From the IMG/VR virus record IMGVR_UViG_3300026187_000019, positions 1 to 55,224 of that record: a stretch of DNA of 55,224 nucleotides; one strand, 5' to 3'. Below, piece by piece: positions 46,230 to 54,410 of this stretch; position 1 is the first letter of the stretch, and each line of letters opens with the position of its first letter. The stretch is from a virus. Taxonomy: Duplodnaviria > Caudoviricetes. The position numbers were made by a program, and so were the translations under genes. Under the pieces are notes generated by a model. That model was given only the letters and a program-made list of their open reading frames with translations. It ran no database searches and was not told where the DNA came from.

Positions 46230-46714
46230 CAAAATTCTCCATTATGCATTGCGTTAGCTAATTTCACTGCACGTGATTTTACCTGATTTGCCCACCTGCT
46301 GTCAAGCATTTCTTTTGCTGCAATGTCATATTTTTCTTCGTGGATAGCAGCCCACATCTTTTTAAACTTACAAAGTCTAGGTACGCCCATATTGAAAGCC
46401 ATATCCATAACTATAAGTTGACGTACAGAGTCCAACCTGTCCACGCAAGGGTGCGCACGTACCAGTTCTTCTTCGACAATCTGCACGTCATTTGTTGCTA
46501 GATAGACCGCATCAGCTTCAGTGATTCCATATTCGTACACGTGGTTAATATTAGGAATATCTAATTCATCTAGTTCCTGCTTTGTAATGCCACGGTCTTC
46601 TAGGTTTCGTCCGATACCAATAGTATCAATTCCAAGAGTGTCTTTGTACACTTGTAGCTTCAAGCCTTCGTGCTTGATTAATTCATCAATAAAATGTTCT
46701 CTACGGTACTTCAT
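46229..46714 (-). CDS. Lysozyme-family endolysin (T4-like muramidase)
   Basis: HEG...YKDTLGIDTIGIGRNL (E..D..T triad), MAFNMG and EMLDSRWANQV motifs. Confidence 0.9.
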   Translation of the reverse strand: MKYRREHFIDELIKHEGLKLQVYKDTLGIDTIGIGRNLEDRGITKQELDELDIPNINHVYEYGITEADAVYLATNDVQIVEEELVRAHPCVDRLDSVRQLIVMDMAFNMGVPRLCKFKKMWAAIHEEKYDIAAKEMLDSRWANQVKSRAVKLANAMHNGEF

Positions 46715-46905
46715 GTTTCCATAGCCCCTACGATACCACATTTATATTCAACAGATGCCCATGAACCATCTTTTGGTATCTCTTCATATATTTGCTTATA
46801 TCGTATACATTCATTCTCTTTATCGAACCACTGAACAGTTTGATTAAAGCATTTACCGTCTGAGGTACATATAGTAAGTACTAATGCCCAAATCATTATA
46901 CTCAT
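46711..46905 (-). CDS. Small signal-anchored Cys-containing protein
   Basis: Hydrophobic N-terminus, four Cys; lysis region. Confidence 0.6.
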   Translation of the reverse strand: MSIMIWALVLTICTSDGKCFNQTVQWFDKENECIRYKQIYEEIPKDGSWASVEYKCGIVGAMET

Positions 46906-47108
46906 TTTTGTTCATGCCCCATCCAGACAGCAAAAGCACCAGTCATTGCCCCAACTACTGTAGACACAAATGCTGTCTGCTGCGTTGTAGCTGCTGGGCC
47001 TAATTCCATAAACCACTGTACTACCTGATAAGCCATGAACGTCATAGCCAACATCATTGCTCTAGGTAGTAACTTCCACGCTAGAATCTTTTCCATTGTG
47101 TAGGTCAT
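46902..47108 (-). CDS. Two-TM membrane protein (holin-like)
   Basis: LLPRAMMLAMTFMAY and AFVSTVVGAMTGAFAVW segments; near the endolysin. Confidence 0.6.
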   Translation of the reverse strand: MTYTMEKILAWKLLPRAMMLAMTFMAYQVVQWFMELGPAATTQQTAFVSTVVGAMTGAFAVWMGHEQK

Positions 47109-47545
47109 TTTTTCTTTTTGTTATATCCGCCCCGATTATATGCGGGAGTAGACTCAAAAGCAGTTAAAAAAGCACCTACTAATGGAATAGAACGAAGTCC
47201 AACTTTTTTAGCAATTTCCTTTGCCGTACTTTTTGTGGCACCTTGTATAATATTTTTTTGCTCTTGGATAAGGGCTTTACGTACAAGTTTATCTCTGTCA
47301 CTTAAATTAGAAGGTTTAATATTTTTTAGTCTTTCTAATTTATTTTGCGCATTGGTTGCATTAGCAGTATTACGCATATTTGTAGTTTTAGTTTGTCTTG
47401 CTTCTGTACGTTGTTTTTGCTGTTTACGAATCTGCTCACTTCTTTTTTGTCTAGGCGATTTTTTACTCGCTAATGCAGTAGCACCTGCTGCCGTTGCTGC
47501 AGTTCCTATGACCGCAGCACCACCATATTTATCTTTGTCTGCCAT
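47105..47545 (-). CDS. Basic protein ending YNRGGYNKKKK
   Basis: Start reassigned to MADKDKYGG after AAGGA. Confidence 0.7.
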   Translation of the reverse strand: MADKDKYGGAAVIGTAATAAGATALASKKSPRQKRSEQIRKQQKQRTEARQTKTTNMRNTANATNAQNKLERLKNIKPSNLSDRDKLVRKALIQEQKNIIQGATKSTAKEIAKKVGLRSIPLVGAFLTAFESTPAYNRGGYNKKKK

Positions 47546-47550
47546 TATCC

Positions 47551-47934
47551 TTACCTTTTTCCAAAGAATTTTGTAGCTGAACGTACCCCAAAAGAAGCGG
47601 CAACGATAACGCCCAAGGAATATTGATACCACTCAGGCATTGCTTGTAACTGTAAGAATCCATTTGCCACCACCTCTTCCATGCCGGGAATAAATGCCAG
47701 TATCAATGGGATGCTAAATAAAATAGTAAGCCACTCATCTTTCCACGAAGATGCGCTACCTTTAGCCATCTCCAAATCCCAGTCAATTTCACCCGTAGCT
47801 TTCTTTTGCATTACGATAGCTTCAGCTTCAGCTTTAGCTACACGTGTCTTTGCTTGCGCTTTCTTTTCTTCTACTTTGCCGGACATCCATGTGCCAGCAA
47901 GTTCAGCAATAGGTCCAATAAGTAAGTTAAGCAT
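47551..47934 (-). CDS. GTA-type (3TM) holin-like protein
   Basis: Amphipathic N-terminus, SWKDEW followed by TM segments and ASFGVRS. Confidence 0.65.
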   Translation of the reverse strand: MLNLLIGPIAELAGTWMSGKVEEKKAQAKTRVAKAEAEAIVMQKKATGEIDWDLEMAKGSASSWKDEWLTILFSIPLILAFIPGMEEVVANGFLQLQAMPEWYQYSLGVIVAASFGVRSATKFFGKR

Positions 47935-48182
47935 TAGGCTCCCCGTCTAAACTGCGCCGTTTTCTTTTGTATCTTTTTAGGCTGCTTGACGAACTGCTTA
48001 CCAGCACGAGTTCCTGCTCTTTTAGCAGCGGTGGTGGCTGCGTATTCTTGCGGCGAAAGCGATTTGATAGCAGCCTCTGGTAAGTAACGCTCACCTGTTT
48101 TGGCGGATGGTTTACCACTCTTGGTTCTCCACTTTTGTTTAGTCCAGTTCTTTAAACTTTGTTGTGGTGATTTTAATGCCAT
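47934..48182 (-). CDS. DUF5872-like protein, C-terminal half
   Basis: QSLKNWTKQKWRTKSG...ERYLP...GKQFVKQP. Confidence 0.65.
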   Translation of the reverse strand: MALKSPQQSLKNWTKQKWRTKSGKPSAKTGERYLPEAAIKSLSPQEYAATTAAKRAGTRAGKQFVKQPKKIQKKTAQFRRGA

Positions 48183-48188
48183 GAATAA

Positions 48189-48217
48189 GTTATACCATTA
48201 TCTTATAGGATTGTCAA
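48189..48217 (-). promoter_or_regulatory. sigma70-like promoter for a probable leaderless mRNA
   Basis: Minus strand TTGACA-N17-TATAAC; ATG 48182 begins 7 nt after the -10 box, with no RBS. Confidence 0.7.
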
Positions 48218-48676
48218 GAGAAAAATTAAAAGACCTACCGCCGCTAACACAATAACTGCAACGCCAGTTCCCATCTTTATATTTTCCATTATTTCGTTCT
48301 GTCGCTGTATAGCTTCACGTCTAGCTTGCTCTGCAGCTTCTTTTGCCTCACGTATACGCTTGGCTCTTTCATCTACAATGCTCTGCCACGTGCCGGGGCC
48401 AAAACGTAAGTCTACTAGGGTACGCATCTCCTGCACTTTTTCCTGTGCAAGTCTAGCGTCAATCACTTCCTGTGCTACGGACTGTATACCAAACTGGTCG
48501 CCTAGACTGTTGCCAGACTTCTTAGACCGTTGTTGTTGTGTTTGCTTTTCACCCTCAAGTAGATTGTCTACATACTTTGCGATGTCGCCTATATCGTTGG
48601 CGGTATTAATGGTAGACTTAATACCATCTACGGCACTCTTCACCAGTGCGATACCCGCAAGGGTTTCTGCAATCAT
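48203..48676 (-). CDS. Coiled-coil protein with C-terminal TM
   Basis: GAGGA RBS; RFGPGTWQSI motif; hydrophobic tail. Confidence 0.75.
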   Translation of the reverse strand: MIAETLAGIALVKSAVDGIKSTINTANDIGDIAKYVDNLLEGEKQTQQQRSKKSGNSLGDQFGIQSVAQEVIDARLAQEKVQEMRTLVDLRFGPGTWQSIVDERAKRIREAKEAAEQARREAIQRQNEIMENIKMGTGVAVIVLAAVGLLIFLLTIL

Positions 48677-48710
48677 CTCTGTTCCTCATTGGTTGGTTGA
48701 TAGTCATTGT

Positions 48711-49781
48711 TTAAGCTGCCAGTGCGGGATTACTAGCATCCAGTTGCATCCACTTAGACCACTCTGCGTAGTAGTGGCGCATACCTACTTCATCGTGTAT
48801 TGTGCTATTCTCATGTCGTCCATGCAAGATGTTACGGGGTTCTGTACCTTCTCGCATTGTAGTGCCTTGACCTGCGACACCAATCAGGTCTTCATGTAAA
48901 TTTCTACCAAACGGCCCCCATATAGAGTTGTGGTGTTTGATACGTGTCTGCCGTTCTTCGGGGGTATCTTTTTTTAGGCCATAGCCACGGAACTCAATCA
49001 GTACTTTGTTTGGTCCTAGTGGCGTTACACTGTCGCTACGATATGCACTGCCACGCAGGTTAAAGTTGTAGCCGGGAAACAAGTCTACCATATACCACTG
49101 GTTAGGCGGAAGGTTAGGGAAACTAAGTTCTCCTCTGTCTTCAAAACCATCGTACTCTTCGTAGTTAACTGTAAAGCTACTGACGTTGACGTGTCCGTTA
49201 TCAAATGGGATATTTTTTCTAGCAAAGTACTCATCGTTAAATCCTGACACACGGTTAAAGTAATGCATGAAGTCATGGTAGAACTCGCTGTTAGTATCGT
49301 GCCACAGTTTGTAATTAGTGTCTATCACTGCCTTGTGATAGTGAAATACTTCCATCTCTTCTGCGTCAATGGCATCAGCAATACAATCAAATGCACCTGC
49401 TGTCCATTCATCTACGCTTTGTGTTGGGTTAGGGTCTAGTGTAACCCAGACCATTCCACCGTGTTTAACTTCACAGTGTAGTTCTGGTTCAAGTGATACC
49501 ATAGGTACAGCCAGTGTTCCACTAGGTTTATTGATAGTGTGATTTTTATATGCCTTTACGCCATCGCCTGTGTTCCATGCTATAACATTTACACCTGCTA
49601 TTTGCGTTGTTCTAAAGTTACCCTTGTTATACATCTCACTGATGTGGCACATAGGCACCCATACTTTAGAGAATATGTTTTCTTGTTCTTGTTTGTATAA
49701 ACTGTGGTCAGAATATATCAAAGAGTTTATGTACTCTACTTTAGGTTTCTTAATCCAGTCTTTATGATTACGTGGTGACAT
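48711..49781 (-). CDS. msmA: Methanesulfonate monooxygenase hydroxylase alpha subunit-like AMG lacking Rieske ligands
   Basis: IYSD..LYxQExxxIFSKVW N-terminus; NYKLWHDTNSEFYHDFMH and HED mononuclear Fe ligands; no CxH/CxxH. Confidence 0.8.
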   Translation of the reverse strand: MSPRNHKDWIKKPKVEYINSLIYSDHSLYKQEQENIFSKVWVPMCHISEMYNKGNFRTTQIAGVNVIAWNTGDGVKAYKNHTINKPSGTLAVPMVSLEPELHCEVKHGGMVWVTLDPNPTQSVDEWTAGAFDCIADAIDAEEMEVFHYHKAVIDTNYKLWHDTNSEFYHDFMHYFNRVSGFNDEYFARKNIPFDNGHVNVSSFTVNYEEYDGFEDRGELSFPNLPPNQWYMVDLFPGYNFNLRGSAYRSDSVTPLGPNKVLIEFRGYGLKKDTPEERQTRIKHHNSIWGPFGRNLHEDLIGVAGQGTTMREGTEPRNILHGRHENSTIHDEVGMRHYYAEWSKWMQLDASNPALAA

Positions 49782-49984
49782 TAACTTTTGTATCCCCCGC
49801 CAGCTTTTTTGTACTCAAGGGCTAATAGTTGGGCTTTACGTGCTGACCACTGACCCGGCTTACCGCCACGTGAACCTGCTTTGATTTTTTCAAACAGTCT
49901 TTTGCGCAGAGCAGGTTTGGTATAGTTACCTGCTTTGTTTACCGTGCTTTTCTTTTTTGGCGTACTCTTTTTTCTAGGTGCCAT
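49781..49984 (-). CDS. DUF5872-like protein, N-terminal half
   Basis: NYTKPALRKRL...GGKPGQWSARKAQLLALEYKKAGGGY. Confidence 0.7.
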   Translation of the reverse strand: MAPRKKSTPKKKSTVNKAGNYTKPALRKRLFEKIKAGSRGGKPGQWSARKAQLLALEYKKAGGGYKS

Positions 49985-49989
49985 AATTA

Positions 49990-50355
49990 TTACCTTGCGG
50001 GATCAAAATATTCTTCTACAGATATTGTAACATCTAAAGTCATACCACTTTCAATATACGCTAACAATTTATCTTTTTGATGAAGTGTAAAAAAGTTGCC
50101 AGACACTACGTCATGTGTTGAGTGACCTGCCATACTTAAACCATTTATAAGATAGTGGTATGTAGTATCATCGTTATGATAAAACTGTAGATATGCTTTC
50201 TTAGTACTATTAGTACCATTGCTTAGATGTAAAAATCTAACAATAGCACTATAGTTATCCGGCACAGTATAGATAACGTCAGCACTTGCGTCAGCAGAGG
50301 TGCTGGTTATTGTTTTACTTTCCGTGGTAAATTTAGCTACACTAAGATCAGGCAT
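49990..50355 (-). CDS. Small beta-rich virion-type protein
   Basis: IYTVP...LHLSNG...LHQKDKL...SVEEYF pattern. Confidence 0.65.
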   Translation of the reverse strand: MPDLSVAKFTTESKTITSTSADASADVIYTVPDNYSAIVRFLHLSNGTNSTKKAYLQFYHNDDTTYHYLINGLSMAGHSTHDVVSGNFFTLHQKDKLLAYIESGMTLDVTISVEEYFDPAR

Positions 50356-50473
50356 TATCGTTCCAGTCTAATACACGCTTGTGCATCTTCCAAAACCAGT
50401 TGCCTACACAAGTAAAAGGCTTGCCCATATAGAGCAAAGCCCATCCAAAGTATTTTACTGCTTGCTTCCTCAT
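50348..50473 (-). CDS. 41-aa Trp-rich peptide (not in ORF track)
   Basis: MRKQAVKYFGWALLYMGKPFTCVGNWFWKMHKRVLDWNDNA; ATGA coupling. Confidence 0.5.
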   Translation of the reverse strand: MRKQAVKYFGWALLYMGKPFTCVGNWFWKMHKRVLDWNDNA

Positions 50474-50628
50474 TTCTTTTTCGCCATTCCGCCACGCATC
50501 ATTTTCTTTTTAGCCATTTTAGCCATTCCACCGCCACGCATCTTTTTGGCTGCTACACCGCCACCACGCATCTTTTTAGATGCCATCTTAGCCATACCGC
50601 CGCCACGCATTTTTTTCTTAGCTACCAT
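50470..50628 (-). CDS. 52-aa Met/Lys/Gly repeat protein (not in ORF track)
   Basis: MVAKKKMRGGGMAKMASKKMRGGGVAAKKMRGGGMAKMAKKKMMRGGMAKKK; AAGGGA RBS; synonymous codon variation between repeats. Confidence 0.8.
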   Translation of the reverse strand: MVAKKKMRGGGMAKMASKKMRGGGVAAKKMRGGGMAKMAKKKMMRGGMAKKK

Positions 50629-51145
50629 TTCTAAGTTCCCTTCTATCTAATACTAGACTCTTATACACTTCCTCTGGAAAGTGTTCATAATACCCAGACT
50701 TCTCCAGACTTAATGCTGCATCGTCTAGTGTAGACAGTCTTTGTACAAACACCATGCAGTACACAAGACCTTCATCTGTTGCATCCTCATCAACAAGGAA
50801 ATCCAGACCCGCCTCTTCAGCGTCATAGTCTGGATGAAACACCATGAGGTGCATATCTTTACCTGCTATGGACATGGCTTCGTTTATGCCATCACAATAT
50901 CCATCTAGGTATTCCATGTCAGGTAAGTATTGATTTGCCCACACTACTATGTCATAGTCGTGCTGCTCAAACTGTTTGACTTCAGATACCAGTCCCTCTA
51001 GTCCTGTATTGATACTGAAGGATACCTTATCATCTAACCACGCTTGTTTTGCATAGGGGCAGGGTGGTAGGCCGTTAAGTTTTTTGTTGGATACTTCTAG
51101 GAAGTCGTGCGACCACTTACGTATGTCAGCTTCTACTGGATGCAT
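50618..51145 (-). CDS. DUF1415-like protein
   Basis: LPPCPYAK and VFHPDY motifs. Confidence 0.55.
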   Translation of the reverse strand: MHPVEADIRKWSHDFLEVSNKKLNGLPPCPYAKQAWLDDKVSFSINTGLEGLVSEVKQFEQHDYDIVVWANQYLPDMEYLDGYCDGINEAMSIAGKDMHLMVFHPDYDAEEAGLDFLVDEDATDEGLVYCMVFVQRLSTLDDAALSLEKSGYYEHFPEEVYKSLVLDRRELRNGS

Positions 51146-51523
51146 TTACTTGCCAGTAATTTTGTTATACGCCTCTGGGCTGGCAGCTTTGAGTGCCTTC
51201 AGGCCGGGGTTATCTTTAACCATACCACCTGCTGCATACATATGTTGCTTACCGCCTGACATACCGCCACGCATCATCTTAGCTTTGCCTTTAGGTAATT
51301 CAGCCATGCCTACACCGATAGAGATAACAGGTACTTTCTTTGTGGCTTTACCGCCTTTAGACATTTTCTTTTTGCCCTGATTTTCTTCATTTTGTTTTTG
51401 TCTAATCTTAGAGCCAAACATTTTCTGTACGGCTGCATCGCTCATATTGTTTTCTTTGCCGTACTTCATCGCATAGGCTTGCAGTTCTGATGAAGACATT
51501 TTGTCTAGCTTAGATTCAAACAT
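51146..51523 (-). CDS. Basic protein with three (M/Y)xxGG motifs
   Basis: MSKGGKA, MMRGGMS, YAAGGMV. Confidence 0.75.
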   Translation of the reverse strand: MFESKLDKMSSSELQAYAMKYGKENNMSDAAVQKMFGSKIRQKQNEENQGKKKMSKGGKATKKVPVISIGVGMAELPKGKAKMMRGGMSGGKQHMYAAGGMVKDNPGLKALKAASPEAYNKITGK

Positions 51524-52815
51524 TATTTTTTCTTTCTATTGTCTACGGATGACAGCAGCAAGCCGCCTTTGTTCATACGGAAGTCATGTGCGCCTGTTGC
51601 ACGTTTGGTGACTTTGCCGCCACGGTTCATGGGTGAATCAAGTTCAGTATTTCCGGGTTTACCTCTGCGTGATGTAACTTCTCTACGTCCGGGTTGTCGT
51701 GTATTACTTCTGTCCACAGGCCGTAGATTATATTTTCTATCACCTACAATTGCGCCAGTCTCACTTGGACGTGTACCCTTTTGTCCTTGAGAATTACCAC
51801 TTACCATAGAACGTATTTCTACAAGAAACTCTTTTTTAGTTTTACTGCCGTCCAGTATCTTGTTGAATAGCTGTGTGCCTTTTCTTTGACCAAAGACAGC
51901 TATTAAAGACTTCTTAGCATCCTGAACCATTCTGTCACTAGTGTCAATTGTACGTGTACCAGCAGATTCTAACTGAGGAGTTTTGCCTTGCTTTAAACTT
52001 TCCTTTTCCAAGATAGCGTCTAATCGCCGTTTACCCGGAGCATCTAGTGATGCTTTTGCACTGCGAATAAGTTGCTCTTGAAGATTTTTATTTAATTTAA
52101 AAAACTCAGGAACTAACTCACCTCCACCTTTACCCGTTTTAGGGTCTGGCATAATTGCAGCTAATGCAATATCTTTATCTGTTTTAGGTGTTCCTCTAGG
52201 TTTGCCTCTGCTTCCTCTGGAAATATTAGTACGTCTATTTTTTTCTGCTCGTACATCCGCCTCTTTACGTTTCTTTCTAATCTCGTCAAACTCTGCTTGA
52301 CGTTTTGCTTTTTCGGCTTTAGTGGGTGCAGCTTTAATGTAAGCAGCATAGGCTTTATTTTCTACATCACGTGCAGCCATTCCGGGTGATGCATTTTTCT
52401 GGTCTTTAATAAAGTTAGCAATAGACCTAGAGCCTATATTAGTTTTACCGGGAGCATTAGTACTGCGACCCGCACTAGCCGCACCACGTGCCTGATTAGT
52501 TTCAGACACAGACCGTGAGGCATCACTTTCTACTTCAATATCAACCTCTGGCTTATCTCTAAACCTCAGTCCACGTTGCGTTGCTGCGGCTTCTACATTA
52601 CGTGGCGGCGACTTTGGTTTTGGTTTTGGCTTATCTTTTGGAGCCTTTACACTTTTCTCTTCAGCTTTTTTAGCTTCAAATTTATTTAGACCTTGGCCTA
52701 GTTGTTCGTCTGTTAATTGACCAACCCCACTTTTTTTACTTGTACCAAATTTGTTTTTGGCAGCAGTAACTCCAAATCTAGAAATATATTTTATTATGCT
52801 AGTTGCGCCAGCCAT
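51523..52815 (-). CDS. 430-aa Lys/Arg-rich low-complexity protein
   Basis: AAGGAG RBS; C-terminal MNRGGKV and MNKGGLL. Confidence 0.75.
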   Translation of the reverse strand: MAGATSIIKYISRFGVTAAKNKFGTSKKSGVGQLTDEQLGQGLNKFEAKKAEEKSVKAPKDKPKPKPKSPPRNVEAAATQRGLRFRDKPEVDIEVESDASRSVSETNQARGAASAGRSTNAPGKTNIGSRSIANFIKDQKNASPGMAARDVENKAYAAYIKAAPTKAEKAKRQAEFDEIRKKRKEADVRAEKNRRTNISRGSRGKPRGTPKTDKDIALAAIMPDPKTGKGGGELVPEFFKLNKNLQEQLIRSAKASLDAPGKRRLDAILEKESLKQGKTPQLESAGTRTIDTSDRMVQDAKKSLIAVFGQRKGTQLFNKILDGSKTKKEFLVEIRSMVSGNSQGQKGTRPSETGAIVGDRKYNLRPVDRSNTRQPGRREVTSRRGKPGNTELDSPMNRGGKVTKRATGAHDFRMNKGGLLLSSVDNRKKK

Positions 52816-52827
52816 AGTGTATTCTCC

Positions 52828-53121
52828 TTACCACTTAACTTTGTGTGACCAATATTTCGCAGACAGCTTAGTGGTAGGCTTACCCTGCGCATCGTGTCTT
52901 GCGTAGTACGACTTCTTACGTGCTTTGTCTTTAGCACTTGTAGGATTCTTGCCAGCACCTTTTACGCCCTGCTGACCGAAGCGAATAAATTTATACTTGC
53001 CACCCTCGGATGCCATCACGCAATGTGACTTAGTTGGGTGCTTGGGTGTCCGCTTGGGTTTGTTAACGCCAGTCAGACCTTCCTCTTTCATTTTGTTTTT
53101 GACACGTTCAGGTATTGCCAT
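52828..53121 (-). CDS. Conserved basic phage protein (IRFGQQG...RKKSYYARH...SAKYWS..VKW)
   Basis: Motif pattern widespread in marine viruses; function unknown. Confidence 0.75.
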   Translation of the reverse strand: MAIPERVKNKMKEEGLTGVNKPKRTPKHPTKSHCVMASEGGKYKFIRFGQQGVKGAGKNPTSAKDKARKKSYYARHDAQGKPTTKLSAKYWSHKVKW

Positions 53122-53333
53122 TACGTACTTAATCCTTTTTGTGGCATAGCCATATCTAAGTCAACCTTAGTACACCTTGCTCGCCAATCAACTATTTCGC
53201 CAGCATCTACCATTGACTGATGATACTGCATCACATACTCTGTGCTAGGGCATTCCTGTACAACATCGCTGTAGGCTTTTACTTCACCAGCAGGAGTTAT
53301 GATTACGGATAGGTATAGGAAGAGTGAAACCAT
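53121..53333 (-). CDS. Hypothetical protein with hydrophobic N-terminus
   Basis: TAATG coupling on both sides. Confidence 0.65.
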   Translation of the reverse strand: MVSLFLYLSVIITPAGEVKAYSDVVQECPSTEYVMQYHQSMVDAGEIVDWRARCTKVDLDMAMPQKGLST

Positions 53334-53545
53334 TATTCATCTTTCTCTGTCCACCCCTCTGCTCGCATAGCATCTTCTACGTGCTTCAAAGTAAATGAAC
53401 GCCCGTAATGGGCTTCGACTGCACTACGCACATAGAATACATCACTATGAGGTATATGCAGTCGGTCTAATGAATTGTTACGAATAGCATCGTAGAATGC
53501 TTCAAGAACATTATCTGTGTATAGTTTTACAGATTTCTTTGCCAT
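53333..53545 (-). CDS. Hypothetical protein, first gene of the late arm
   Basis: MAKKSVKLY...HIPHSDVFYVR. Confidence 0.7.
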   Translation of the reverse strand: MAKKSVKLYTDNVLEAFYDAIRNNSLDRLHIPHSDVFYVRSAVEAHYGRSFTLKHVEDAMRAEGWTEKDE

Positions 53546-53595
53546 TGTCAAGAACTTTCTTTGTATAGCACGAATAATCTTTGCACGTAGGGATA

Positions 53596-53730
53596 CACTA
53601 TAAGTGTTATCACTTAGAGTGCATTAACAAAGAAAATTTAGTAAGGACTAACTTATGTACATTTAAGTGATATAGTTAATAAGTTTTTTAAGAATTATTA
53701 TATAAACATTTAAGTGTATCACTTTAAGTG
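53596..53730. repeat. Cluster of five CA(C/T)T..AGTG boxes
   Basis: CACTATAAGTG 53596, CACTTAGAGTG 53611, ACATTTAAGTG 53659 and 53706, CACTTTAAGTG 53720, in very AT-rich DNA. Confidence 0.75.
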
Positions 53731-53746
53731 AGTTTAGTTATACATA

Positions 53747-53775
53747 ATTATATCAGATTTTTTATAGGCTGTCAA
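53747..53775 (-). promoter_or_regulatory. Perfect-consensus sigma70 promoter of the late arm
   Basis: Minus strand TTGACA-N17-TATAAT with TG extension. Confidence 0.85.
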
Positions 53776-54044
53776 CCCCCCTTTTGCAAAATAGTTCAAA
53801 TGGTCCATACACCCCCTTACAGTTGCCTATTATTTAGGCAGTTGCACAATGCTTGTGCATATAGGTAGTGACAGTTGCTCTTGTGGTTAACAATCAATTT
53901 ACCTGATCTGTGTATTTCTGTGTATACATATCTACGCTACCCCCCGGTGGCTCCTGCCTGCCCCCTCATCTAAGGCGTGTATGCCTCTGCATTATGCGCA
54001 ACCAGCCGCCTCATTAGGGAGCCATCTGAGTAAGCCCTTGATAT

Positions 54045-54335
54045 TGCATAGAATATGCAGTAAGTAATCCGGCAATTCAGTTGTAAACAACTGTTATGGT
54101 ATCAGTTGCCATACGAAGTATGACTGTAAAAGTCCAACAATACAGATTTGTAACGAAGTTACAAGGTTGATGCATCTAATCTTTTCACCAAAGGTGAACC
54201 ACAAGTCCGATGTCGGACTACACCCCCTATCACTGAAGGTGATAGTCATACCAGCTACCACAATCTGCCAAGCCTCGCTATGTGTCACGAGTTTAGCGCA
54301 CGAGTTTCGCTATCGAAGATAGCTGCAACCGTAGG
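54045..54335 (+). other. Array of short triloop hairpins
   Basis: Stems at 54045, 54110, 54148, 54184, 54227, 54309 and 54329 with loops GAA, GAA, GAA, AAA, GAA, GAA, GTA. Confidence 0.75.
54204..54219. promoter_or_regulatory. 16-bp palindrome AGTCCGATGTCGGACT
   Basis: Exact copy embedded in the hairpin array. Confidence 0.85.
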
Positions 54336-54410
54336 CGAAACGGCTTGGGCAGAGGATCACACACAAGGCTTCAACCCCAAACCTTAACTATCTTCTTACG
54401 GTTTTAAGGT

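Noticed and set aside
53524-53551. Second late promoter TTGACA-N16-TAAAAC
   Set aside because: It overlaps the start codon of the first late gene and has a weaker -10 and spacing; it cannot be separated from chance without TSS data.
54094-54288. 64-aa minus-strand ORF across the hairpin array
   Set aside because: No RBS, a non-ATG start and no operon context; the region is better explained as structured non-coding DNA.
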